Assembly: GCA_965231015.1 (NCBI GenBank)
Contig: OZ246408.1
Coordinates: forward strand, 211,755-275,754
DNA length: 64,000 bases
Source of the DNA: an uncultured Gammaproteobacteria bacterium
GTDB taxonomy: Bacteria > Patescibacteriota > Patescibacteriia > UBA9934 > CAZDDW01
Direction of reading: 5' to 3'
The notes beneath the pieces are model-generated. The model saw nothing but the letters and a program-made list of their open reading frames with translations, was not told the DNA's origin and did no database searches. Below are positions 17,686 through 28,600 of the stretch, piece by piece; position 1 is the stretch's first letter; every line of letters starts with the position of its first letter. A program made the translations under genes and the position numbers.

Positions 17686-17692
17686 AATTTTT

Positions 17693-20600
17693 ATGAATTT
17701 GGCCAGTCAAAACAAAAAAAGATTTCTAGGAGCTTTTATGTTAGTCCTGTTTGTCGGGACTTTTATTATTTCGAGTTTTTTGTTGGCTCATGCAGTCAAT
17801 GCGCAAAGTCAGGATCCATTAGCTACCGCTGAAGCCGGATCCCGAGCCGGTGAGTCAGCCGGAATGCCGGTCGGAAACGCCGGTCAGGCTGCGGCTGATG
17901 TTTTGGAAGTGACAAGCGAGAAATTGGTTCATCCACCTCTAAAAGTTGTTTTGAAAACGGTGCTGATCAACCTTTTGAGTTTTGTGTTAAACCGCCTGGC
18001 TTATGATTTGGCTGTCTTTATGGCCTCAGGTGGTCAGGGACAAACTCCGAATTTCCAGTACAAAAGTGCGGATGAATATTTTGCGGATCTTGGTATGGAC
18101 ATCGTCGGAGCCCACATGGACGCTTTGAACGGAGTGCTAGAAGAGATAGATGTAAACTTCAACGTTTGTGCCCCAGAAGATCCTATTTTCCGTATGGGTA
18201 TTCAGCTTGGGATTCGTTCCGCTTACAGTCGGCCAGAACCGAATTGTGATATTCGCGATGCTATAAATAATTGGGACAGCTTTGTAGGATCGATCCAGGA
18301 ACGTTTCCAGTCTATGGGAGAGAATCCGTCTGATTACGTCTTGAATGAGTTCAAAAAAATATATCGGCCAGGATCGAATGAACTTTCAGCCTCATTTACT
18401 ATTATTTCCAGTATCCAGGATGAGGCTACGACCCATAAAAATGTTAACTTTTTAGAAAATTTGTTTAATCAAGGATACTCGCCGGTAACTGACGCCATTA
18501 CCGGACAGGTTGAAACCCCAGCGGACATTATTCAACGCAAGACCCAGCAGGAGCTGGTTGAAGCTCAAGGAGATCAGACGCAGATGAATTGGGACGCGGT
18601 GATGTCTGACTCGGACCTACTCGTTGGAATGGGAATGTCAGCGGCTTCTGTTTTCTTAAATACTTTACTTTCCGAACTTCTTAACAATATTTATACCGGA
18701 GTGTTTGATGTTGAGCTTGTTGAAGAAGACGTTTTCTCCGGGCAGTATGCTTCAGTCGGAGGTCGAGAAGCGGCTGAAGAAAAGTACCGTGACCTGTTAA
18801 GTGTTGAGCTTGTTTCGCTCGACAGTTTTTCGCCAATAACCGAGCTTTTGGCCTGTCCGGGTTCAACCAGTCGCGGCATTTTCAACTGTGCTATGGACGC
18901 GGCTTTTGCTACCGCTGTGACAGCCGCGGAAACAGGGGAACCAATGACAGTTCAGGAGGCTCTTGACGACGGAATTTTGCATGGCAGTTGGCCACTCATT
19001 CCACCGGACGATTACGCCAAGAATCAGGATCCATACTGTTACACCTATGGTTATTGTTACGCCAACCTGGTTAAGCTTAGAAAGTTCCGTATTATTCCGA
19101 TTGGTTGGGAAATGGCCGCGGCATCACCATATAACAGCAAATCAAATCCAGTGACTCTTCAGGAGGTGGTGGATAGTTTTGATGATTGTTCAAACGAGGG
19201 TAAAGCTAATGCCAACCACCCATGGTGCCACATAATCGATCCAAACTGGGTCTTAAAAGCGCCGGAAACATATTGCCCTGCGGCTGCCCCGGGTGAGTTG
19301 CTCGTCAGTTCAAGCCTCGACACTCGTCAATCTTACTGTATGGATACTCCAAGTTGTATTGCCACAGACGACCAGGGAAATTGTATTGGCGGGCAAGGAT
19401 ATTGTACGCGGGAAAAAAATGTGTGGAATTTCCGCGGGGACGAGTGTCCAGAGCAATACGCCAGTTGTTTGAATTTCCAAAATGTCGATACCAATGAAAC
19501 TGCCAGCTGGCTTTTGAATACAGTTGATTTCAATGACTGTACTGAAGATAACGCCGGTTGTATGTGGTACCGCACCAATAAATATTTTGATGATTTCGGA
19601 ACCGGGGATACAAGTGACGATACTTATGAGTGGTTGGCAACCGGTGATGATTTTATTGTTGATGACCGGGATGATGACATGGAAAGCAATATTACCGGTC
19701 CGGGAAGTTATGGTTATGATTCAGATGGAGACGGAACAGATGATTATAGCTATGAGCAATACGCGTACGAAGACCGTCTTTATATGACCGGGGACGTGGT
19801 TTCCTGTGATGAGGCTGATGCCGGGTGTACCGAGCTCGTTGCCAAAGATAATGACACGTTCTTGAACTTGGTAGCCAACTCCAGTTTCGAGTATGACGAA
19901 AACGGAGACGGTGAACCGGATTTTTGGTACGGGGTAGACACGTCCGATTATCGCGTTGATGATGGTAGCTCACTTTATGGGCTTGACTCGATTGAAATGA
20001 GTTCGGCAACGGTCGACGTTTATCAAGAAATTAAAATAACTCCAAACGCCTTTTACACCTTGAGCTTCTTTGTCAAAGATCCGACCGCCGGTTCAATGAG
20101 CGGATCAATGTTGGTTGAGGTTTATGACGAATCCGGGGTTGAAGTCAGTTTAACCGGCACAACCATTCTGGGTGACTGTGTGCAGGATGATCCGTATTCA
20201 GTCATCACTGAATTTACTGATGTTGGAGAAGATTGGAGTCGTTATGAATGTATTTTTACGGCTCCGGAAGACGCGGATAATGTGCAATTGGTCTCTGATT
20301 GGGCCAGTGGTAATTATTATCTTGATGCTGTGCAATTGGAAGAGGGAAGCATAATGAGTGATTATCATGAAGAGTATGGCTCGAGCACGCTTGATTACGA
20401 TTATTATAAATTACCACCGGATTACTTAGGTTGTACCGGCTCTGATGCTGATCCGGCCGAGTGTGATGATTATGTCCGTATGTGTAGCGCCCAAGATGTT
20501 GGTTGTAATCTGTATTACCCGGAAGATGGTGACCCTGAGGTGCCGGCTATTATTACAGAACTTGATCAGTGTCCGAATGAGTGTGTTGGCTACGCCACCT

Positions 20601-23600
20601 ACAAACAAGAAGCTACCCTTTATGACCAGTCCGAGTTCCCACTCTACTTTATCCCGTCATCTGCAGCCAGTTGTGATGAAACCAGTGTTGGTTGTGATGA
20701 ATTTACGAATTTAGATGAAGTGGCTGAGGGAGGTGAAGGTCTTGAGTATTACACATATTTACGTGCCTGTTCTGATCCGGCTGACACGGCTGAAGCCGCC
20801 ACCTTCTTTAGTTGGGAAGGTTCGGACCAGAACGGTTATCAGCTTGTAAGTTGGGATTTGATTGAATCTAATCTTTCTGACGCTTCATCCCATACTTTTG
20901 CCAGTGGTTTTGAAGAAGATAATATCGGTCAAGCTCCTTGTGTAAATCCGGTCATGCTCTCCGAAGGTGAATTGGTTTGTGATGATAACGGTTATGAAGA
21001 CGAAGAAACCGGTTTGACCGGGATTAACGGAATTGCCGCTAATGAAGCGTGTGACGAACACGACGACATTTTCTCTAATCCGGATTGTCGTGAGTTTTAT
21101 GACTCGGATGGTAATATCCACTACCGTGAATTCTCTTTAACCGCTACGGTTACCGAAGACTGTGCTCCTTATCGAAAAACAGAATCTACCCAAGATGACT
21201 GTACCGGCTCTGGTGGGTTCTGGACGCAAGGCGGCGAGTGTCGATATCTTGGATACTATGTAGAAAGCACTGAGTGTTCATCTTCGGCCAACGGTTGTCG
21301 AAGCTACACCGGTGGAGCCGGTCGTAACGCCACTACTATATTCTATGACGAGGTCGAGGATGGAGCTTTGAATGAATGGAACACGGCCACAGCTACAATT
21401 AGTAATGACTCTGTTGTGGCGGACGGACATTCCATCTTTATACCAACCGGAGGATCTCGACTCAGTACTCTTTACATTGATGAAGACATAGCTGGAACCA
21501 CCTGTCCAACAGATGAAGTGTGTACCATTACCGATCCGGTCACTGGAGCTAGCTGTGACATTGTCGGAACTGATGAAAATGATTACTGCGGTACTTTGGT
21601 TGGTGGAATGGTTCAAGGCAAGACCTACATCCTTTCCTTCTGGGCCAAGGGTAATGGATCGCTATATTCAACCCTAGTTGACCACGGAGGAATGGATGAC
21701 TCACACCGGTTCCAAACCGACGCGGTTGAGCTGTCCGGAAGCTGGCAGTTATACACCATGGGCCCTCTTGATACCTCGGACGCTAATGACTTCCAGGATT
21801 TTGACGATTCAGCCATCTTGCAAATTTATAATACTGATAACGAACTTTTCTACATTGATAACATCCAGCTCAAAGAAGTGGAAGACAATATCGCGCTCAT
21901 TAAAGATTCATGGGTCACTCCGTCAACTTGTGACCAATCGCCTACTGGAGCGGATTCAGCCCAGTACTATCTTGGTTGTGAGGCTTACACTGATGCCGAT
22001 GGCGAGGACTGGAGCCTTTACCGCTTTACGAACCTTTGTTCTGACTCGGCTATTGGTTGTTCGGCCTACTTTGATACCCAAAACAGTTCATCGCCATACG
22101 CTGAGGTGCACAACGCCACCTGTTCGGCGATAGATTTTAATAATGTTTCTTTGTTCACTCCGGACGGAGATGGAACTCCGGAAGCGGGCGAAGGTTATTG
22201 TACTCTTGATCCAACCGAAGAGTGTGCCACACACACAGATTGTATTGCTGCTACTTTTGACTTAAACGCTCGTTGTGTGGCTTATGAACCAACCGCTTGT
22301 GAGATTGATAGCGACAGTGTGTGTACAATTCAGGTGGGTGAAAGCACCTGTAAATTTGATTGGGACGGCAATCTACCAACCACCAAGCCGGATAACATTT
22401 GGCTTGCCCCGGAAACTAAGGTGGTATCAAACGATGAGATTGTCTACTTTATTGCCGACAATACTTACTCGTGTTCATCTTCGGATAAGGGGTGTACTGA
22501 ACTCGGACTTCCTGACTTTAATCAGGACAAGAGTGAAGTGGAAAGTTTTGAATCGGTTTACCTGTTAGACCAGCCCGACAGTTATGACACTCTGCTTTGT
22601 GAGCACCAGAGTCTTTTCTGTGAGGCTTGGTCAACGAACGAAGACGGTAATTTCTACTTTAAGCATCCGGATGAGCAAACCTGTGAGTGGAAGGAAGCCG
22701 TGACTATTAATAATGATGATTACACCGGTTGGTTTAAAACCGGAACCACTGAACCGTGTTACGAAGATTATTTGATTTCCGGGGACGAGTACAGTATTTG
22801 GCGTAACGGGGACATGGATTATGATGGTTGGGTGGGGACGTGTGGAGTGCAGCATGATCAGTGTACTGAGTTTGTTGATGTGACTGACCTCGAAGAAGGT
22901 GGTCGAGCCGACGGCACTCCGTACTACTATTTACGCAACGACGCTATTTCAGAAAGTGAGGTTCCGGATTCGCAAAAGTGTAACGGACAAGTGTCACAAC
23001 GCTACGGCTGTGCTCTGTTCAACGATACTTCTGATTCAAACCTGTATTACAACGCCAGTGCTTCATACGTGGTCTCGGCTCATGCCGACACCTTGTTTGG
23101 TGATGCCCCACATTCTCTGCAATCACCGATTAATTGTGACAACGAGCAGGGCGGTGAAATTACCACGGTCAACAATAGCACGATTGATGTTTGTACTCAG
23201 CGTTGTGAGTATGATGTTTACGTTGGGGTCGGAGTGCCGGCCGGAACCGTGAGTTATGAGGATTCCTGTGTGATTGATTCTGACTGCCCAACTATTACTG
23301 ACGACTATCAAAATGAAATTACCGGCAGTTGTGTTGATGCCGGGGACGCTAACCGTTTAAGTAACGACGTAAATGTGATTCAAAAAGTGTACCGCGACCG
23401 CGAATGTGCGGAATGGATTACTTGTATTAATGAGTCTTATAGCTGGGACGAACGGCTCGGTTCTTACCGTGGCGTGTGTTCCGGGGTTTCGGCTTGTAAC
23501 GAGTACTCGGCTATCGGCGACACCGCCTTCTGTGTCGGTTTCCCGGAAAACGATCCTGATCCATTAACCCTTGAAGAGTATTCGGCCCGTGACGTGACCT

Positions 23601-26600
23601 GGTTCGGCCGTGACTATTCCGGTTACTCAATTCCGAAATTAATTCCCGCCGAGTTCTTGACTGAGATCAATGTTAATCCGGTCATGGGTTGTGTATTGGC
23701 TAATCGTGGCTGGATAGCTAATAATACTTTTGGCTGGCCATTTAGTTGTGATGATGATGCTGACTGTGATCAGTTTGATGACGTGGGATTTGATTATTCG
23801 TGCCAGGCTTTGGATACCGACATCCGCATGGGATATCAGGCCGGTGGTTGTAATGTTGAAAATGGTGATGGTTGTACCATTGGAGTTTGTGAGGATTCCG
23901 GTGACAGTTGTGAATCAGATGCTGATTGTGGTGGGGCGGATTGTTTAGTCGGTTTCTGTGAGGTGGCTAATTTGAATACTTCATGTACTAGCGACAGCTA
24001 TTGTTCAACAAATTTCAGTCCTTACAGTACTTGTGTAAATGGAATTTGTACCGAGGTGACCACTACTTCATGTGTTGAAGACGATGATTGTGGAACTGAC
24101 CTGGATGACGATGGTGATGGCGACATTGATATTGATTACGAGTGTGACATTGTGGCCGGAGCTTTTGTTGGAAATTGTATCAATGGCGGTTGTTCCGTTG
24201 ATCAATACGGCACCACCTTTAGTTTAGATACTTCAGAGGTTCTCGAGTGCCGTGGTTATCCGGAACAAACTTCACCGTACCCGCAAGAATTGGTTGATGA
24301 GTGGCGAGTGGTGACGTGTACTGACGAAAATGATCCGTCAACGTGTTCGACTTCTTACGAACTGCAAGTTGATGATGCTGAAAATGATAGTATCCCAAGT
24401 CAAACCAGAACCGGTTATGACAACGTTAATGTTTGTTCGCCCGGTTATGAAGATTGTCTGTGTAGTTATGATAAAGCCACTTACGGCAACGGTTCGGAAA
24501 CCAGGTACTATGAATACGGTTCAAGCCGTGAAAGCGACGCTCTCTCCGGAGTCTGCTTTAGTGGTGCTTTAGAAGGTCGATCTTGTGACAGTAATGATGA
24601 TTGCGGTTCCAGTGGATCATGCATGATTCTGGACGGTTGGGATTCCTATCTTGGTTGGGAAGGGTTCTGTTTGGAGCGTGATACAGCTATGAATCTCTGG
24701 GGAGATGCCAATGGTCCGGGAGTATGTTTGACCTGGCTGCCGGTGGATCAGTTTGCCGGTTCTACTGACATTTATGCCAAGAACGAAGAAGCCGGGTTCC
24801 CACTTGAAGATTACTACTATTGTACTGAAGCCGCTTACTTTGTGGATCTTTATCCAACCGGCTCAATTTTTGATAACGATCCAAATAGTGATACTTATGG
24901 ACAGGTGGTGGATATACAACCGGGTTGTACGGAGTCATTGCGGGAGGGGCATGTTGCGTATGATACAGTTGACTGGACTGAAAATGAAGCTCAAACAGCC
25001 GGGTGTGGTTATAAAGAAGATGCCGATGGTGAGTTTGGAGAGAATGAATACGATGCCTGTTGGTACAACGTAGCCTGTCCGGATGGTTATTACGGAATTG
25101 TTGGTTATTGTGATCCAAGTGCTCGACCAAATGATTATGCTGACCAATGCTTAGAGGGCGCACCAAACGGAAATTTCTACGGTGCTGCTGATGACGATTG
25201 TCCGTTTATGTGCATTCCGGAAAATGCTTATGATTTAGTAACAGGAGAGTCTTGTGATGATTTAGCAAGTAGTTTAACTCATGATTTTGAATCAAGATTT
25301 GGTACCACAGTGTACTTGGGTGGTCATTTTGATTATCGCGTGGAAGCATTTAAGAATTGTGTTGTACGTGGTGTTCCAATGACTGGTGAAAATGATCCGA
25401 ATAATGATGGTTATGAAACCCAGTGGGCTGAATGGATGACAAATTCCGGATTCAATGGTAACCATTTTCACGAGGCTGGGGATGCTTGTAATGATCAAAC
25501 TGGCAATCCGGATCACTACAGTTGGAATAATGCAAAACCTCTTGGACAATGGGGGATTGTATGTGACCCCCCTAATGGTGATGAGGGGTTCTGGAATTTG
25601 GATTTTTCCGGGGCCAATCCATCCGGTAGCACGACAGATAACCAAGGGGCAGTGGTGGAATACATAGGTTGTGCCGCTTTGGTTCAGGCTTCCAGTTCTG
25701 AGCCGGAACTTGGAAACAAGGCCTTTACTAATCGTTTGTTGCATGACGGTGATATATATACTTGGCAAGCCATTGGTAATGATCCGGGAGATATTTTGGA
25801 ATGGGCCGATGGATTGGATCCTGCTCTTGGCTATGACCAAAATGAGGCTCCGGGTCCGGTTGGTCGGGTGGCCTTTAAAGAATATTACAAAGATAGAGAT
25901 GAAGAAGGAGACCCTAGCGACGACGATGTTCAATATGTGTTCTCAACAGGAGACGGTCCGTTTGATTTTGTAGATGCACCAAACGGAATAGATGCACCGG
26001 ACTCCGCTCCAATACCACTTCTGACTTGTGATCAGGGTTCAACCATACCGGGTGGCTTTGGTCTTTCCGTGACTGACCCGGATGATCCGAATAGTTTGTG
26101 TACACAGGGTTACTACCAGTATCCAACTTTGGCTCAATTCCCGGATATTGGAATTATTGATCTGTTTTCATATGCCTTGGGTCTTTCGTATGAAGATTTG
26201 GACGTCGATACTGATTTAGGAACTCATGCTGATGAGGAAGATGCCGTTTTAAAAAACAAGAACGATATTTTGTCATTTGGTTCGAGTGATGGAGTTGAAA
26301 GTGTGCTTTTTTCACTGGGGCAGTTCTTTGCCAAAACTTTTGAAGGATTCGCTTGGGATTGGGAGGGAACCGGAACGGGATTTAACGGCGGTGCTTATAT
26401 CCCGGATACTGAATATTCACAGCTTTATGATCAGACCATGGACATTGCCGATCAGCAGCCGGTTGATGAGTTTGAGGTTGGTTCAGCCAATGACGGCGAG
26501 CCAAGCGCTCCGTACGTCATGGGGGTTGGTGCGTGTTTCGGATCACTTTGCAAGGAAGATTCCGATGATGATGAAAACCTCTTTACCTTAAATGATAAAA

Positions 26601-27265
26601 CCGGAGGAACAATTTTTGGCGAGCAGTTTAAACATGTGATCATGAAGTTCTTCTTTTCCACCGACCCTAACCAGTTCCCAATCCGCACAGTGAAGATTGA
26701 TTGGGGTGATGGGCAAACGTACGGAAGTGAGTCAAACGACAATTATTACAAAGCGCATCGCGGATTGAAAGATACCTCGGGAAATGAAACCACCACGTAT
26801 TGTGATACGGGTGATGAGTGGGGTATGACTTTGGAATCGTGTGACCCGAGTTATTTCACCTTCAGTCATGATTACATTTGTGCTTCCACCACGTACCAGT
26901 CCGTTTTGCCGTCGTGTGACATTGAACCAAGTCCGGTGGACGGCCGGCCAATGGTGCTGAATTCGCCGTGTCAGGGCGGGGACGCCACGACTTATGGGGT
27001 GAGTGGTACCGCCTGCGTCTTCCAGCCGCGATTGTACATCAAGGATAACTGGGGGTACTGCACCGGGTATTGTGAAGGCGATCCGGCCGGGGATTTGTGT
27101 TATGATGATGACGATGGAGGTACTGGGATTAATGAATGTCAGTTAACATGTCCTGATGAGAGTTTTCAGGAATGTGAAAAAATGGGAGAGATCGGGGCTG
27201 TTTATCCAGATAGTGCAAACCCATGGGTTTATTACAACGGCTTGGTTGAGGTTGAGCCGGAGTAG
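17693..27265 (+). CDS. giant (3190 aa) cysteine- and aspartate-rich secreted/surface protein with CBM-like beta-sandwich domains
   Basis: Uninterrupted 9573-nt ORF; N-terminal signal/TM; recurring C-x(4-9)-[AGNS]-G-C-x-E/Y motifs; two galactose-binding-like/CBM4_9-like segments (…NSSFEYDENGDGEPDFWYG…, …GKTYILSFWAKGNG…); TSP3-like DSDGDGTDD. Confidence 0.8.
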   Translation: MNLASQNKKRFLGAFMLVLFVGTFIISSFLLAHAVNAQSQDPLATAEAGSRAGESAGMPVGNAGQAAADVLEVTSEKLVHPPLKVVLKTVLINLLSFVLNRLAYDLAVFMASGGQGQTPNFQYKSADEYFADLGMDIVGAHMDALNGVLEEIDVNFNVCAPEDPIFRMGIQLGIRSAYSRPEPNCDIRDAINNWDSFVGSIQERFQSMGENPSDYVLNEFKKIYRPGSNELSASFTIISSIQDEATTHKNVNFLENLFNQGYSPVTDAITGQVETPADIIQRKTQQELVEAQGDQTQMNWDAVMSDSDLLVGMGMSAASVFLNTLLSELLNNIYTGVFDVELVEEDVFSGQYASVGGREAAEEKYRDLLSVELVSLDSFSPITELLACPGSTSRGIFNCAMDAAFATAVTAAETGEPMTVQEALDDGILHGSWPLIPPDDYAKNQDPYCYTYGYCYANLVKLRKFRIIPIGWEMAAASPYNSKSNPVTLQEVVDSFDDCSNEGKANANHPWCHIIDPNWVLKAPETYCPAAAPGELLVSSSLDTRQSYCMDTPSCIATDDQGNCIGGQGYCTREKNVWNFRGDECPEQYASCLNFQNVDTNETASWLLNTVDFNDCTEDNAGCMWYRTNKYFDDFGTGDTSDDTYEWLATGDDFIVDDRDDDMESNITGPGSYGYDSDGDGTDDYSYEQYAYEDRLYMTGDVVSCDEADAGCTELVAKDNDTFLNLVANSSFEYDENGDGEPDFWYGVDTSDYRVDDGSSLYGLDSIEMSSATVDVYQEIKITPNAFYTLSFFVKDPTAGSMSGSMLVEVYDESGVEVSLTGTTILGDCVQDDPYSVITEFTDVGEDWSRYECIFTAPEDADNVQLVSDWASGNYYLDAVQLEEGSIMSDYHEEYGSSTLDYDYYKLPPDYLGCTGSDADPAECDDYVRMCSAQDVGCNLYYPEDGDPEVPAIITELDQCPNECVGYATYKQEATLYDQSEFPLYFIPSSAASCDETSVGCDEFTNLDEVAEGGEGLEYYTYLRACSDPADTAEAATFFSWEGSDQNGYQLVSWDLIESNLSDASSHTFASGFEEDNIGQAPCVNPVMLSEGELVCDDNGYEDEETGLTGINGIAANEACDEHDDIFSNPDCREFYDSDGNIHYREFSLTATVTEDCAPYRKTESTQDDCTGSGGFWTQGGECRYLGYYVESTECSSSANGCRSYTGGAGRNATTIFYDEVEDGALNEWNTATATISNDSVVADGHSIFIPTGGSRLSTLYIDEDIAGTTCPTDEVCTITDPVTGASCDIVGTDENDYCGTLVGGMVQGKTYILSFWAKGNGSLYSTLVDHGGMDDSHRFQTDAVELSGSWQLYTMGPLDTSDANDFQDFDDSAILQIYNTDNELFYIDNIQLKEVEDNIALIKDSWVTPSTCDQSPTGADSAQYYLGCEAYTDADGEDWSLYRFTNLCSDSAIGCSAYFDTQNSSSPYAEVHNATCSAIDFNNVSLFTPDGDGTPEAGEGYCTLDPTEECATHTDCIAATFDLNARCVAYEPTACEIDSDSVCTIQVGESTCKFDWDGNLPTTKPDNIWLAPETKVVSNDEIVYFIADNTYSCSSSDKGCTELGLPDFNQDKSEVESFESVYLLDQPDSYDTLLCEHQSLFCEAWSTNEDGNFYFKHPDEQTCEWKEAVTINNDDYTGWFKTGTTEPCYEDYLISGDEYSIWRNGDMDYDGWVGTCGVQHDQCTEFVDVTDLEEGGRADGTPYYYLRNDAISESEVPDSQKCNGQVSQRYGCALFNDTSDSNLYYNASASYVVSAHADTLFGDAPHSLQSPINCDNEQGGEITTVNNSTIDVCTQRCEYDVYVGVGVPAGTVSYEDSCVIDSDCPTITDDYQNEITGSCVDAGDANRLSNDVNVIQKVYRDRECAEWITCINESYSWDERLGSYRGVCSGVSACNEYSAIGDTAFCVGFPENDPDPLTLEEYSARDVTWFGRDYSGYSIPKLIPAEFLTEINVNPVMGCVLANRGWIANNTFGWPFSCDDDADCDQFDDVGFDYSCQALDTDIRMGYQAGGCNVENGDGCTIGVCEDSGDSCESDADCGGADCLVGFCEVANLNTSCTSDSYCSTNFSPYSTCVNGICTEVTTTSCVEDDDCGTDLDDDGDGDIDIDYECDIVAGAFVGNCINGGCSVDQYGTTFSLDTSEVLECRGYPEQTSPYPQELVDEWRVVTCTDENDPSTCSTSYELQVDDAENDSIPSQTRTGYDNVNVCSPGYEDCLCSYDKATYGNGSETRYYEYGSSRESDALSGVCFSGALEGRSCDSNDDCGSSGSCMILDGWDSYLGWEGFCLERDTAMNLWGDANGPGVCLTWLPVDQFAGSTDIYAKNEEAGFPLEDYYYCTEAAYFVDLYPTGSIFDNDPNSDTYGQVVDIQPGCTESLREGHVAYDTVDWTENEAQTAGCGYKEDADGEFGENEYDACWYNVACPDGYYGIVGYCDPSARPNDYADQCLEGAPNGNFYGAADDDCPFMCIPENAYDLVTGESCDDLASSLTHDFESRFGTTVYLGGHFDYRVEAFKNCVVRGVPMTGENDPNNDGYETQWAEWMTNSGFNGNHFHEAGDACNDQTGNPDHYSWNNAKPLGQWGIVCDPPNGDEGFWNLDFSGANPSGSTTDNQGAVVEYIGCAALVQASSSEPELGNKAFTNRLLHDGDIYTWQAIGNDPGDILEWADGLDPALGYDQNEAPGPVGRVAFKEYYKDRDEEGDPSDDDVQYVFSTGDGPFDFVDAPNGIDAPDSAPIPLLTCDQGSTIPGGFGLSVTDPDDPNSLCTQGYYQYPTLAQFPDIGIIDLFSYALGLSYEDLDVDTDLGTHADEEDAVLKNKNDILSFGSSDGVESVLFSLGQFFAKTFEGFAWDWEGTGTGFNGGAYIPDTEYSQLYDQTMDIADQQPVDEFEVGSANDGEPSAPYVMGVGACFGSLCKEDSDDDENLFTLNDKTGGTIFGEQFKHVIMKFFFSTDPNQFPIRTVKIDWGDGQTYGSESNDNYYKAHRGLKDTSGNETTTYCDTGDEWGMTLESCDPSYFTFSHDYICASTTYQSVLPSCDIEPSPVDGRPMVLNSPCQGGDATTYGVSGTACVFQPRLYIKDNWGYCTGYCEGDPAGDLCYDDDDGGTGINECQLTCPDESFQECEKMGEIGAVYPDSANPWVYYNGLVEVEPE

Positions 27266-27285
27266 GAAAAACGAAACCAGCGAAA

Positions 27286-27723
27286 TTATAACGAAACCGA
27301 CGAACTCGCGGGATCAACCTTTGATCTCGCGATTGTTTTTGTGTTATTCGTCATTAAATAACGCTTGAGAATACAGGTGTTGGCAGCGAAATTAACCAGG
27401 TATCCAAGCTCATATTTGGTGACACGAAGATAATCAAAAAGTTGTTGGTATAATTTTTTGGGCACAAATAATACCGCTTTTAATTCAACGATTATTTTGT
27501 GGTCAATAATGAAATCCGGTTGATAATACCCGATCATTTTTTGAGTGGTCGGATAATAAGTTTTGATTTTAGGTTGTTGTTCAAACGGGATACCTCGCAG
27601 TCTCATTTCTTCAACCAGAGCTCGTTCATAGATTTTTTCCTTATGACCTCCTCCGAGTTGTTTACGAACCTCAAAGCAGGCCCCTTGAAATCTGTAAGAT
27701 AGATCTGGAAAAAGTAGTGGCAC
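27286..27723 (-). CDS. GxxExxY-family protein (PD-(D/E)xK-like)
   Basis: FQGACFEVRKQLGGGHKEKIYERAL…DFIIDHKIIVELKAV…LGYLVNFA matches the GxxExxY family; the ORF tail overlaps the giant-gene terminator. Confidence 0.55.
   Translation of the reverse strand: MPLLFPDLSYRFQGACFEVRKQLGGGHKEKIYERALVEEMRLRGIPFEQQPKIKTYYPTTQKMIGYYQPDFIIDHKIIVELKAVLFVPKKLYQQLFDYLRVTKYELGYLVNFAANTCILKRYLMTNNTKTIARSKVDPASSSVSL
27306..27340 (+). terminator. rho-independent terminator of the giant gene
   Basis: 12-bp stem TCGCGGGATCAA/TTGATCTCGCGA (one G-U) followed by TTGTTTTT. Confidence 0.5.
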
Positions 27724-27870
27724 TCGAGTTCGTCGGTTTAGTTTTACAAAAAGAAAGAGACCCCCCGTAGATTGACCGTGAACCGGTCAGGTGGGGAGTC
27801 TCGGAAGGAAGCCGCGTGTGAATCGAGAACCGATTCGCAGCTGTGAGAGGTGGGTTGTGTGCTTGGCGAG

Positions 27871-28506
27871 CTAGTTGACGAGGCAGAGGTAGGTTGACTC
27901 CGAGGGGCTGGTGATGTAGATCACGGTCAGATCCGAGGAGATCCAGCCGTGAATACCCAGAAGCTCGTTGTCATCCTTCTCGTTCGCCAGGTACTGCTCG
28001 TACTCGTCGTCGTTGATGATCACGTCGCCGATGATGTACAGCTTGCCGATCAGGTCGTTGAGCTCGATGTGCTGGCCATCGTCTTCCGTGTAGATGTCGT
28101 ACTCGTACCCGGTGGACTGGGTGCACTCCTCGTCCTCGTAGGACTCGTAGTGGCCTTCGGGCGCGAGGCCGCAGAACAGGTCCACGGATCTGTCGTCGTT
28201 GACCGACTTCTGCGCGTCCAAGCAGAGCACGTTGTCGTGCTCGGCGCCGAAGACGTAGGTACCCTCCTCGAGCTCGGTCGTGGTGGGCGTGTTGCCGATC
28301 ACGTCTTCGTCGGCGAAGGCAGTGAGCGTGAACAGGTCGTCCACGTTCGTGTAAACCGATACTTCGTAGAACGACGTATCGGTCGTGTCGTCGTCATCCG
28401 CGACGTCATCGTCGCCGGGATCGGGATCGACGTTCTCGTCGCAACCGGTGAACAGGAATGCCCCCATGATGAGGGCGGCGAACAGGGTGTACCACTTGGT
28501 GGTCAT
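27871..28506 (-). CDS. acidic lipoprotein with poly-Asp linker (GC-rich, likely acquired)
   Basis: Lipobox LFTGC; DPDPGDDDVADDDDTTDT linker; GC content far above the local average. Confidence 0.5.
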   Translation of the reverse strand: MTTKWYTLFAALIMGAFLFTGCDENVDPDPGDDDVADDDDTTDTSFYEVSVYTNVDDLFTLTAFADEDVIGNTPTTTELEEGTYVFGAEHDNVLCLDAQKSVNDDRSVDLFCGLAPEGHYESYEDEECTQSTGYEYDIYTEDDGQHIELNDLIGKLYIIGDVIINDDEYEQYLANEKDDNELLGIHGWISSDLTVIYITSPSESTYLCLVN

Positions 28507-28581
28507 AGCCTTTTCTCCTTTTGAGCCCTTTCTCGGGGCATCGAGTCGCTTTGCACCATGCAGAGCGACATTTTCCTGTAG

Positions 28582-28600
28582 GGGTTAATTGAATTAACCC
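28582..28600. repeat. perfect 19-bp palindrome GGGTTAATTgAATTAACCC (GTAGGGG-headed REP-like)
   Basis: Preceded by GTAG and followed by CCCCTCTA; 76 nt upstream of the minus-strand lipoprotein gene. Confidence 0.45.

Noticed and set aside
17693-27265. Dozens of 60-150-aa ORFs on other frames and the minus strand inside the giant gene
   Set aside because: They are frame artefacts of a 9.6-kb ORF. The +1 frame at 17693 is uninterrupted and carries the signal peptide and coherent domains.
27100-27400. Diversity-generating retroelement at the 3' end of the giant gene (variable repeat/template repeat plus reverse transcriptase)
   Set aside because: No reverse-transcriptase ORF occurs anywhere in the window, and I could see no 100-nt repeat of the gene's 3' end nearby.
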